Origin: Candidatus Hadarchaeota archaeon | Lineage (GTDB): Archaea; Hadarchaeota; Hadarchaeia; Hadarchaeales; Hadarchaeaceae | NCBI GenBank assembly: GCA_964514965.1 | Contig: CAZETV010000001.1 | Span: 390,001-422,000, forward strand | Direction of reading: 5' to 3' | Length of the DNA stretch: 32,000 bases | Shown: positions 1 to 6,971 of the stretch, one piece after another | Position numbering within the stretch: the stretch's first letter is position 1 | Layout: every line of letters begins with the position of its first letter | Position numbers and translations under genes: made by a program | Notes under the pieces: model-generated | Seen by the model: the letters and a program-made list of their open reading frames with translations, nothing else | What the model was told of the DNA's origin: nothing | The model's database searches: none

Positions 1-1083
1 ATCTACAGCGTAGGCGTGCTCTTGCCCTTAGTGTTGGTGGCCATCTTGCCAGTGCTCTCGGTTATCGATATCAGCATCAATGCCATCCAAGTCTTCTCAA
101 TCTATTGCATCGCTCTCCCGCTTGGAGTATACGTGCTCAGCCGTTGGACGTTGGCGAAGCGTCCAGCCACATTCTCACCACCTAAGGTGTCGATTGAAAC
201 GAGCCGAACCCGCGCCCTTATGCTTGCGGGACCACTTACGGCCGCACTAATGGTAATCGGACTCTTCTCACCTGTCGCAGACGATTTTCGCGCTATTTTG
301 CTCCTTTGGGCCCTAACGCTTGGCATCACCACATACTTCCATTTGACCACAGCGCGGGCTTTCGAGAGACGTGGTCGCATCGAACAGATAGAGGGAGAGT
401 TCTGCGACTCACTCGTTCAACTGGGCAACCGGATAAGCGAAGGGCGCCCGGCCGAGGATGCACTCAAACATGTCGCGGACACCATGCAAGGGAGCGAGCT
501 TGCAGGTGTTTTCGCCCAAGCATCAACTAACATCCGACTGGGGAGCATGGGGCTTCGAGCCTCACTCTTCGACCCAGAGCGTGGGGCGCTCCAAGAAATC
601 CCCTCGCGAACAATCCAAAGCGTACTCTGCCTGCTTGTAGAAGTTATTGAGCGAAACACTCGAGCGGCTGGAGCTGCGATCCTGAGAACGGCTGATCATC
701 TCAATGAGCTGAAGCAGGTGAAGCTCGACATCCGACGCTCACTTGGGGAGGTCGTGACATCAATGCGTTCGGTCGCTCTCTTCTTTGCACCATTCATCGC
801 CGCTATAGCCGCGCGTATGCAGAGTTTCCTCGCTTCGAAGACAGCCCCCGTTAGTCTCTGGGGCCCGGGAACCGGTGTCTCGTCGTCAACCTTCCTGTTC
901 GTGCTCGGGTTCTATGTTGTGTTGCTAACCGCGACCCTGATGAGCTACGCGATCGAGATCGAAACCGGAGATGACCCAGTATCAAAGCGCGTGGCGCTCG
1001 CACGGGCCTTACCCATCGCACTTGGGGTTTTCACCTTGGGTTCGATCGTCGGGAAATACATGCTCACCGCAATCATCGGCTGA
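1..1083 (+). CDS. Polytopic membrane protein with T2SSF-like domain (archaeal FlaJ/TadC-type pilus/archaellum platform protein), 5' end outside window
   Basis: The frame is open from nt 1 with no upstream stop, so the GTG at 16 is probably internal. Hydrophobic helices flank a soluble segment (EGEFCDSLVQLGNRISEGRPAEDALKHVA...NIRLGSMGLRASL) that resembles the GspF/TadC/FlaJ repeat. Recognised from memory only. Confidence 0.5.
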   Translation: MYSVGVLLPLVLVAILPVLSVIDISINAIQVFSIYCIALPLGVYVLSRWTLAKRPATFSPPKVSIETSRTRALMLAGPLTAALMVIGLFSPVADDFRAILLLWALTLGITTYFHLTTARAFERRGRIEQIEGEFCDSLVQLGNRISEGRPAEDALKHVADTMQGSELAGVFAQASTNIRLGSMGLRASLFDPERGALQEIPSRTIQSVLCLLVEVIERNTRAAGAAILRTADHLNELKQVKLDIRRSLGEVVTSMRSVALFFAPFIAAIAARMQSFLASKTAPVSLWGPGTGVSSSTFLFVLGFYVVLLTATLMSYAIEIETGDDPVSKRVALARALPIALGVFTLGSIVGKYMLTAIIG

Positions 1084-1442
1084 GCAAACGTTTAATTAAA
1101 TCACAGAAATTACCCCAAAATACACTTCTAAATCCATTATGTTAGTCATATTTGATGCCTATTACCTTAATATATAGATTATAGATGAAAAATTTTTGGC
1201 CAATACTCTACTTAAATTTTTAAAATGCTAAAAAATGAAAAAAATTAAATTTAAAAATATTAAAAAAATTTTTGGTGCGATATTAGTCAAAAAAAAAAAA
1301 AAAATAATTAAAAATAGAAAATTAACATTATTTTACCTTTAATCCTTTCTCCATCTTTATTATTTTAATAAAAATTAGTCCCAACTTTTTTAGACCAAAA
1401 ATTTATATCTAAGTAAAAATCGATTAAATTTGAGGAATTTAA
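1084..1442. other. Extremely AT-rich intergenic spacer with A16 tract; probable promoter/operator region of lrp paralog 1
   Basis: No ORF is present. There is an uninterrupted A run at 1289-1304. AAAAATTTTTGG occurs at 1188-1199 and 1264-1275. TTAAATTT occurs at 1212-1219, 1245-1252 and 1424-1431. An SD-like GAGG lies 7 nt before the ATG at 1443. Confidence 0.6.
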
Positions 1443-1871
1443 ATGGATGGAAAAGACTACAAAATAATTGAAGCTCTCCAAGAAGGTGCTAGAACACCTC
1501 TGCGGAAGATATCTAAGCGGGTGCATATGAGCGAGTCTGCGGTCCGGAAGCGAGTGAAACGGCTAGAGCACGCTGGAGTGATCGAGGGGTACACCGCCGT
1601 TGTCAATCCATCAAAGCTGGGATACAACACTATGGCTTTTGTCGACTTGGATGTTATACCGGACAAACACCGAGAGGTCATAGACGGGCTAATGAAGTTA
1701 AGGGAAGTAAGAAAGGTATTAACTTCGACTGGCGAGTATGGGGTAATGAGCATGGTCTGGGCACGTGACAACAGTGAACTGAATAATATTCTCCAAAAAA
1801 TTGGTGGAATTGAGGGTGTCAAAAAGACCAGCACAGTAATAATCCTTGAACGAATAAAAGACATGTGCTAA
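1443..1871 (+). CDS. lrp: Lrp/AsnC-family transcriptional regulator (paralog 1)
   Basis: 142 aa. N-terminal HTH_AsnC pattern DYKIIEALQEGARTPLRKISKRVHMSESAVRKRVKRLEHAGVIEGY, followed by a RAM/ACT-like ligand domain. GAGG SD lies 7 nt upstream. Confidence 0.9.
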   Translation: MDGKDYKIIEALQEGARTPLRKISKRVHMSESAVRKRVKRLEHAGVIEGYTAVVNPSKLGYNTMAFVDLDVIPDKHREVIDGLMKLREVRKVLTSTGEYGVMSMVWARDNSELNNILQKIGGIEGVKKTSTVIILERIKDMC

Positions 1872-1981
1872 TCGAGGTAGTGCTCAACCAAGTAGATAAA
1901 ACAAATCTATCACTCATAGCAGCAAAAATAAGAGGGTAAACCGTCATCGCAGCGGGGAAGCACACTTGCCGATTAGATTCC

Positions 1982-2016
1982 CTAGTTAGTAGAACTAGTG
2001 ACTTTTTATTCTTTTT
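1982..2016 (+). terminator. Hairpin plus oligo-T tracts downstream of lrp paralog 1
   Basis: CTAGTT-agtag-AACTAG (1982-1998) is followed by T5 runs at 2003-2007 and 2012-2016. Archaeal termination typically uses oligo-T. Confidence 0.35.
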
Positions 2017-2086
2017 ATTAACCAAAAGATTTATTTTAAAGCGAATTAATAAATTATAGTGCGAAATCAGTCGGAGGCAAAAATGA

Positions 2087-2530
2087 ATGAAAGAAATAAT
2101 GGATGAAAAGGATTATGAGATAATTACCGCCCTCTATAAGGGTGCCAAAACTCCTTTTCGAAAGATATCCAAACGAGTGCACATGAGCGAGTCTGCGGTT
2201 CGAAAGCGGGTGAAACGGCTGGAGCAAGCCGGAGTGATAGAGCGCTATACTATCGTCACAGACCCAGCAAAGCTGGGATACAACACTATGGCTTTCTTCG
2301 GTTTGGATGTGATACCAGAAAAGCATCAAGAGATCATAGAGCAGCTAAAGAAGCTAGATGAGGTAAAAAAGTTATCGACCTCGAGTGGAAAATTTATGAT
2401 AACGGGCACGGTCTGGGCACATGACAACAAAGAGCTGACAGACATTGTCCTACGAAAAATCGGCGGGATTGAGGGTGTCAAAAAGACTCACACCGCAATA
2501 ATCCTCGAACGAATAAAAGATGTGTGCTAA
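2087..2530 (+). CDS. lrp: Lrp/AsnC-family transcriptional regulator (paralog 2, tandem duplicate)
   Basis: 147 aa, colinear with paralog 1 (MDEKDYEIITALYKGAKTPFRKISKRVHMSESAVRKRVKRLEQAGVIERY). GGAGG at 2073-2077 lies 9 nt before the ATG at 2087. The ATG at 2099 aligns with the paralog-1 start and is an alternative. Confidence 0.9.
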   Translation: MKEIMDEKDYEIITALYKGAKTPFRKISKRVHMSESAVRKRVKRLEQAGVIERYTIVTDPAKLGYNTMAFFGLDVIPEKHQEIIEQLKKLDEVKKLSTSSGKFMITGTVWAHDNKELTDIVLRKIGGIEGVKKTHTAIILERIKDVC

Positions 2531-2555
2531 TCTAGACATTGCTGGACACATCAGC

Positions 2556-2584
2556 GCTAATGCCGCACTATTAGCAGTTTTTTT
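2556..2584 (+). terminator. Stem-loop plus T7 tract after lrp paralog 2
   Basis: GCTAAT (2556-2561) pairs with ATTAGC (2570-2575) across an 8-nt loop. A T7 run follows at 2578-2584. Confidence 0.45.
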
Positions 2585-2764
2585 CATCAAGCACGAAGAA
2601 ACGTGTTTTTCCCCTTTTTAGGATTTAACATTCTAATAAAGTGTGCCTCGCTTAAAACAAGAAATAAAGGCTAGAAAAAGACTTTCTAGAGGCTGTAGTG
2701 GCGGCGCGAAAGAGTAATCAATATCAAAAAGGGCTAAATCTGACTAATGGTAATCATAAACAGT

Positions 2765-2841
2765 GCGGCAGTAGTCTAGCTTGGTTAGGACACGAGCTTG
2801 CCAAGCTCGCGGCGCGGGTTCGAATCCCGCCTGCCGCACCA
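2765..2841 (+). tRNA. tRNA-Gly (anticodon GCC), CCA encoded
   Basis: Hand-folded cloverleaf. Acceptor GCGGCAG/CTGCCGC, D stem GTCT/GGAC, anticodon stem CGAGC/GCTCG with loop TTGCCAA, T arm GCGGG-TTCGAAT-CCCGC, discriminator A, then CCA. Confidence 0.9.
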
Positions 2842-3291
2842 CTTAGTTTTGATCCTGATGTTCAACCGACGCCATACCCCAACGTGCAAACGTGCCTCGC
2901 TCACCTACGTTTTCTGAGCTTCACCAATACCGGCAAAATCGAGAACACGCAGGCCAGATATCCCCGACGCCTCAATCGTTGGAATCATCGACTCCGGTTC
3001 AGGAAAAGCATCTGTGAGGCCGGTCACAAGTCCTGCGCTAAGGTAGAACAAAATATTTCCACCAAGAACGTCCTTGACGTTGTCGCCGAAAATTCAGAGG
3101 TATCGCAGGTTAAAGAGGATTTGCAGGATTCTGCCGTGCAAGAACATCTAGGTGAAAAGGGTGAAGGTTCTACCCCACAAATATTTCTCTCGGCTTCATC
3201 CCATACAATCCCACACGAGTGTATTTCAATAGAGTATGTCCGTTTGTCTCAGGTTAAAATAGCCCTTCATCAAAGTGGGATTGGTGTTGAT

Positions 3292-3984
3292 GTGCTTCAC
3301 CTAATCCTAGCGGATTCCGAGCTCGAGACTGTACCTCAGGAGATCGCTAACCACCGCGTCATAAAGTGGAGTGCGCGACACCTAGGGAGGAGACCGACAG
3401 AATTACTGCTCAACTCAAGCCTCCATTATCCCGCGATGCGAAGACTACCTGATGGCGACCGGCGTGGACGGCCGGACATCGTACACATTTGTTTGCTGCT
3501 CGCGCTCGACACCCCCCTCAACCGAGAAGGACTACTTCGCACCTATATCCATACCCGGCACAACAAAGTCATCACCGTAGATCCGTCTACCCGCCTACCA
3601 CGGATGTTTAATCGATTCACTGGGTTAATCGAGCATCTCTTCCTCACTGGTGAAGCACCGCCAGAAAAGCCTTTACTCACTCTTGAAAATGCCTCACTCA
3701 ACGAGCTGGTCGGAAGAATCAATCCCCCAAAAGTAATATCATTCAGTCAGCACGGGCAGATGCGACATTGCAAAGACCTCTTCAGCAATAATTTGAAAGA
3801 GGACGACATATGCGTCATCATCGGCGGATTCCCTCGCGGTGATTTCCTGTCTAATGTAACCGAGCTTTCGAACGAACTCGTGAGCATAGACCCAGAACTC
3901 CTCCGTGCGCCAACTGTTTTGATGAAGGCGATTTTTGCATACGAGGATGCGTTCGATATCCAGAAAATCAGGCAGGCCAGGTGA
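3292..3984 (+). CDS. nep1: Ribosomal RNA small-subunit methyltransferase Nep1 (EMG1 family)
   Basis: The C-terminal 230 codons of the 428-aa ORF match Nep1 architecture (LHLILADSELETVPQEI..., GRPDIVHICLLLALDTPLN, RLPRMFNRFTGLIEHL, IGGFPRGDF). Known archaeal Nep1 proteins begin at the equivalent IILA..ALE position. GTG at 3292 is preceded by GGTG. The start is uncertain because there is no in-frame ATG. Confidence 0.8.
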   Translation: MLHLILADSELETVPQEIANHRVIKWSARHLGRRPTELLLNSSLHYPAMRRLPDGDRRGRPDIVHICLLLALDTPLNREGLLRTYIHTRHNKVITVDPSTRLPRMFNRFTGLIEHLFLTGEAPPEKPLLTLENASLNELVGRINPPKVISFSQHGQMRHCKDLFSNNLKEDDICVIIGGFPRGDFLSNVTELSNELVSIDPELLRAPTVLMKAIFAYEDAFDIQKIRQAR

Positions 3985-3988
3985 TCAA

Positions 3989-4318
3989 ATGTCACGTAAG
4001 AACATCCACGCATGGAAAGCAGAGCACAAGCGAATTGCTGCCGAGCGCATGGAGCGCCTATTCGAGCTGGCTGATGAGATATTTGATGGGCGCCCCGAGC
4101 TAGCCGACCGGTACGTGCAGCTCGCATGGAGGCTCAAAACCAGATACAACGTCAGGCCCCCCGCGCGCCTGAAGAGGAAATTCTGCAGGAAATGCCTGTC
4201 GTTTTGGAAGCCCGGTGCCAGCTGTCGGGTGCGGATTCAGTCTGGCCGCGTAACCATAACTTGCCTGAAGTGTGGTTATATAGTGCGTTTGCCCTACAAG
4301 CCGAAAAAGAAAGGATAG
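3989..4318 (+). CDS. rnp4: RNase P protein component 4 (Rpp21/Rpr2 family)
   Basis: Helical N-terminus (ERMERLFELADEIF...RYVQLAWRL) plus a zinc ribbon (FCRKC...CLKCG). The ATG at 3989 lies 4 nt after the nep1 stop. The listed ORF start at 3935 overlaps nep1 and is less likely. Confidence 0.85.
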   Translation: MSRKNIHAWKAEHKRIAAERMERLFELADEIFDGRPELADRYVQLAWRLKTRYNVRPPARLKRKFCRKCLSFWKPGASCRVRIQSGRVTITCLKCGYIVRLPYKPKKKG

Positions 4319-4435
4319 CTAAGTGTATCTCAATCCTTCAACTTTAACAATGTCGAAAACAGTTGAAGTGTGGGAAAAGCGTTAATATCGCCAACTTCAA
4401 GAAGGTTAGAGGACGAACTACAAGTGAGGGAAAAG

Positions 4436-4855
4436 ATGTCAGTCAAGGAAGTTCCTGCAAACGTGCTCATCAAGCGGCTGAGCGAGGAGCTGGGGAAGTT
4501 GGAGGAGTTAACTCCACCTCAATGGAGCCACTTTGTCAAGACGGGGATCCACAAGGAACGTCTTCCCGAGCAACCCGATTGGTGGTATGTGCGCGCGGCC
4601 TCGTTACTTAGACGAGTTTGTATCAACGGTCCGGTAGGAATCTCAAGACTCCGTAGCTATTACGGTGGACGGCAAAACCGCGGTCAATCACCCGAGCACT
4701 TTCGCAAAGCGGGGGGCAAAATTCTACGCGTCATCCTCCAGCAGCTCGAGCAAGCTGGCCTCGTTCGAAAGATCGAGCGAGGAGGGCGGAAGCTCACCCC
4801 GAAAGGTGCAGCGATGATTGATAACTTGACTAAACAGATAAAAACCGAAAAGTGA
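4436..4855 (+). CDS. rps19e: 30S ribosomal protein S19e (eS19)
   Basis: VKEVPANVLIKRLSEEL...PDWWYVRAASLLRRV...GGRQNRG is a typical eS19 sequence. The ATG at 4436 is preceded by GTGAGGG. Confidence 0.9.
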   Translation: MSVKEVPANVLIKRLSEELGKLEELTPPQWSHFVKTGIHKERLPEQPDWWYVRAASLLRRVCINGPVGISRLRSYYGGRQNRGQSPEHFRKAGGKILRVILQQLEQAGLVRKIERGGRKLTPKGAAMIDNLTKQIKTEK

Positions 4856-4864
4856 GGCGTGAGG

Positions 4865-5194
4865 ATGGAAGAAGAAGAAATCGAGGAAATGCGCAGGCGA
4901 AAGATGCTCGAACTGAGGGCAAAGATTGAGGAACAGCAGAAACAAGCTGAACAACGAAGACAATACGAGATTCAAAAAAGACTTGCAATTCAACAAATCC
5001 TAACCGCCGAGGCCCGAAGCAGATTAGCGAACATTCGAACGGCTAAACCAGAATTCGCTGAGCAACTGGAACTTCAACTCATCCAGTTAGCCCAAATGGG
5101 AAAACTTGGATCGAAGATTACCGACACCCAGCTGCGCCAGATTTTAAGCAGATTGCAGGCAAATAAGCACAACTTTAGGATAAGGAGGGTTTAG
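4865..5194 (+). CDS. PDCD5/TFAR19-family DNA-binding protein
   Basis: Charged coiled N-terminus, then ILTAEARSRLANIRTAKPEFAEQLELQLIQLAQMGKL. It sits at its conserved position between rps19e and rpl39e. GAGG lies 7 nt before the ATG at 4865 (a GTG at 4859 is also possible). Confidence 0.8.
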   Translation: MEEEEIEEMRRRKMLELRAKIEEQQKQAEQRRQYEIQKRLAIQQILTAEARSRLANIRTAKPEFAEQLELQLIQLAQMGKLGSKITDTQLRQILSRLQANKHNFRIRRV

Positions 5195-5350
5195 ATGGCG
5201 CGGAACAAACCGGCTCCGCTTAAGAGAAGACTGGGAAAAGCAGCCAAACACACACGGCGTGCCCCCATGTGGGTGATGTCCAAAACAAAGGGAAAAGTGC
5301 GCACCCACTCAAAGCGACGTAGCTGGCGGAGACAACGTATAAAACCATAG
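5195..5350 (+). CDS. rpl39e: 50S ribosomal protein L39e (eL39); absent from the ORF track because it is 51 aa
   Basis: Hand translation gives [61 protein letters not shown] lies upstream. The ATG abuts the preceding TAG. Confidence 0.9.
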   Translation: MARNKPAPLKRRLGKAAKHTRRAPMWVMSKTKGKVRTHSKRRSWRRQRIKP

Positions 5351-5359
5351 GTGATATCC

Positions 5360-5611
5360 ATGCCAGAGGAGCGGATATATATCATCCCATTAAGGGAAGC
5401 CAAAAGTGCCCCCCACCAAAAGCGGACATCTAGGGCCGTCAAAATCGTGCACGAGTTCCTGCGGCGCCACATGAAGTCTGAGGAGATAAAGCTCAATCAA
5501 GCGTTGAACCGAAAGCTCTGGGAGCGAGGAGCGAAGCACCCGTTACCGCGAATCAGGGTACGGGTCGTCAAACAGGATGATGGTTCAATCGAAGCTTTTT
5601 TAGCAGAATAA
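5360..5611 (+). CDS. rpl31e: 50S ribosomal protein L31e (eL31)
   Basis: MPEERIYIIPLREAK...RAVKIVHEFLRRHMK...LNRKLWERGAKHPLPRIRV. The ATG at 5360 is preferred over the GTG at 5351. Confidence 0.9.
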   Translation: MPEERIYIIPLREAKSAPHQKRTSRAVKIVHEFLRRHMKSEEIKLNQALNRKLWERGAKHPLPRIRVRVVKQDDGSIEAFLAE

Positions 5612-5620
5612 GGTGGCGCC

Positions 5621-6283
5621 ATGCCGATTTTTAGAGTGAGCTTCAATAGAATCCCGTTCTTGGGAGCTTTCGCCCTAACCACAGATAAAATTGCGCTGCT
5701 CCCCGAGAACTTTCACTTTCGAGAGCAGATTGTGGAAGACGCGCTGGGTGTACATATAACCCGAGCGAACATACACAATAGCCCCTTGCTGGGTATTCTA
5801 GCCGCTGGCAACTCCAATGGGCTCGTGTGCTCTGAGCTACTTGAGTCCGATGAGGAGAAGCGGCTTACCAATCTTGGAGTGAGGGTCTCACGCATTCCTG
5901 GGCAATACACGGCGTTTGGAAATCTCGTGCTGGTGAACGACCATGGCGCCTTGGTGAATCCCGACCTTCCCGATGATATTTTAAAACTCATGAGTGAAAG
6001 CTTAAGCGTGCCCGTTGAACGAGGGACGATTGCGGGGGTCAAAAACGTGGGTGCAACAGGTGTAGCAACTAATCGAGGGGTGCTCGTACATCCAGACGTG
6101 TCAAACGAAGAAATCAAACACGTTTCGAGTGTTCTTGACGTGCCCGCGGAAGTTGGCACCGCATGCGGCGGGGTGAAGTATGTTGGGTTGTGTCTGGTGG
6201 CGAATTCTAATGGTGTTATCGCCGGCAGAACCACAACAGGCCCTGAGCTGGGCCGCGCGGAAAGCGCTTTAGGATTCATATGA
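5621..6283 (+). CDS. eif6: Translation initiation factor 6 (aIF6)
   Basis: 220 aa with five-fold pseudo-repeats of the GN/GA..G.L(V)NP/HP type (LLGILAAGNSNGLV, FGNLVLVNDHGALVNP, GATGVATNRGVLVHP, GLCLVANSNGVIAG). Confidence 0.9.
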   Translation: MPIFRVSFNRIPFLGAFALTTDKIALLPENFHFREQIVEDALGVHITRANIHNSPLLGILAAGNSNGLVCSELLESDEEKRLTNLGVRVSRIPGQYTAFGNLVLVNDHGALVNPDLPDDILKLMSESLSVPVERGTIAGVKNVGATGVATNRGVLVHPDVSNEEIKHVSSVLDVPAEVGTACGGVKYVGLCLVANSNGVIAGRTTTGPELGRAESALGFI

Positions 6284-6292
6284 GGTGATTAG

Positions 6293-6514
6293 ATGAAAAT
6301 ATTTCGTATTAGGGGTTGGTTCAAGCAAGGACTCAATCGCCAGCGTTTCACGCGCGAGTTGCTAGCGCTCTCGAAAGGGCAAGCTCTCGAGCGGATTTAC
6401 TCGGATGTCGGGAGCAAGCATAGAGTCAAGCGCAACCTAATCCATATAGAGGAAGCCGTTGAAGTTAAACCCGAAGAGGTAAAAAATTCTCAAGTACTGG
6501 CTATGTTGGAGTGA
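6293..6514 (+). CDS. rplX: 50S ribosomal protein LX (L18Ae/eL20 family)
   Basis: MKIFRIRGWFKQGLNRQRFTRELLALSKGQALERIYSDVGSKHRVKR. Conserved position after eif6. Confidence 0.85.
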   Translation: MKIFRIRGWFKQGLNRQRFTRELLALSKGQALERIYSDVGSKHRVKRNLIHIEEAVEVKPEEVKNSQVLAMLE

Positions 6515-6518
6515 TAGA

Positions 6519-6962
6519 ATGGAAAAAATAACTGAAGAGGAGCAGAAAAAACTGCAACGCACCCTAAGCGAGCTTCGCAACCACCAAGCAGCATTTGAGG
6601 CCCTTCAACAAAACCTCTCATTGATTACCACATCACTTTCCGAACTCTCGATGACCATTGAGGCGATTAAGACGATAAGAAGACTTAAACCGGGAACCGA
6701 TATCCTCGTGCCCATAGGCTCCGACTCTTTCATCGCCGCCAAGCTTGAAACGACTGAAAAAATGATCACAGGACTTGGCGCAGATGTCGTTGCCGAGCGT
6801 AGTATCACCGATGCAATCGTGACGCTTCAAGATCGAATGACTGAACTCGAACAAGCTTTGAGCAAGACGCGCGAGGAACTGGAAAAACTGGGCAAGCAAA
6901 TCGAAGTTCTTACGCCAGAGGCGGAGCGGCTCCTCGAGAAGGCCCGGCAAGCGCAGCCCTAG
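6519..6962 (+). CDS. pfdA: Prefoldin alpha subunit
   Basis: 147 aa with two long heptad/coiled-coil arms around a beta-hairpin core (ILVPIGSDSFIAAKL...ITGLGADVVAERS). Conserved synteny before ftsY. Confidence 0.85.
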   Translation: MEKITEEEQKKLQRTLSELRNHQAAFEALQQNLSLITTSLSELSMTIEAIKTIRRLKPGTDILVPIGSDSFIAAKLETTEKMITGLGADVVAERSITDAIVTLQDRMTELEQALSKTREELEKLGKQIEVLTPEAERLLEKARQAQP

Positions 6963-6971
6963 GGGAGCTCG

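Noticed and set aside
1084-1442. The AT-rich spacer as a chromosomal replication origin.
   Set aside because: I could not find repeated ORB-like boxes with G-rich cores flanking the AT stretch, and no orc1/cdc6 gene is adjacent. This is kept only as a low-probability alternative in the finding.
2860-2916. A possible C/D-box sRNA (CTGATGT ... CTGA).
   Set aside because: The C box deviates from RUGAUGA at both ends. There are no internal C' or D' boxes and no terminal stem, and the spacing is atypical.
2698-3291. The N-terminal 198 codons of the listed 428-aa ORF (GTG at 2698).
   Set aside because: This stretch reads straight through the tRNA-Gly gene (2765-2841), has no ATG, and shows no resemblance to Nep1, which starts at the equivalent of 3292 in known archaeal proteins. 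Only the 3' 693 nt are called as nep1. The oddity of the stop-free frame is reported as a finding instead.
4126-4611. ORFs 4126-4347 and 4363-4611 overlapping rnp4 and rps19e in other frames.
   Set aside because: They are out-of-frame overlaps with confidently identified genes, and their translations are low-complexity.
5713-6279. Long antisense ORFs inside GC-rich genes. Examples are 5713-6279 opposite eif6, 16180-16923 opposite the aminotransferase, 12440-13468 opposite glmM, 102-659 opposite the membrane protein, and 20052-20534 opposite the dehydratase.
   Set aside because: These are shadow frames of well-supported genes on the other strand. Their translations are Ser/Arg/Pro-rich with no recognisable motifs, and no independent SD or start context exists.
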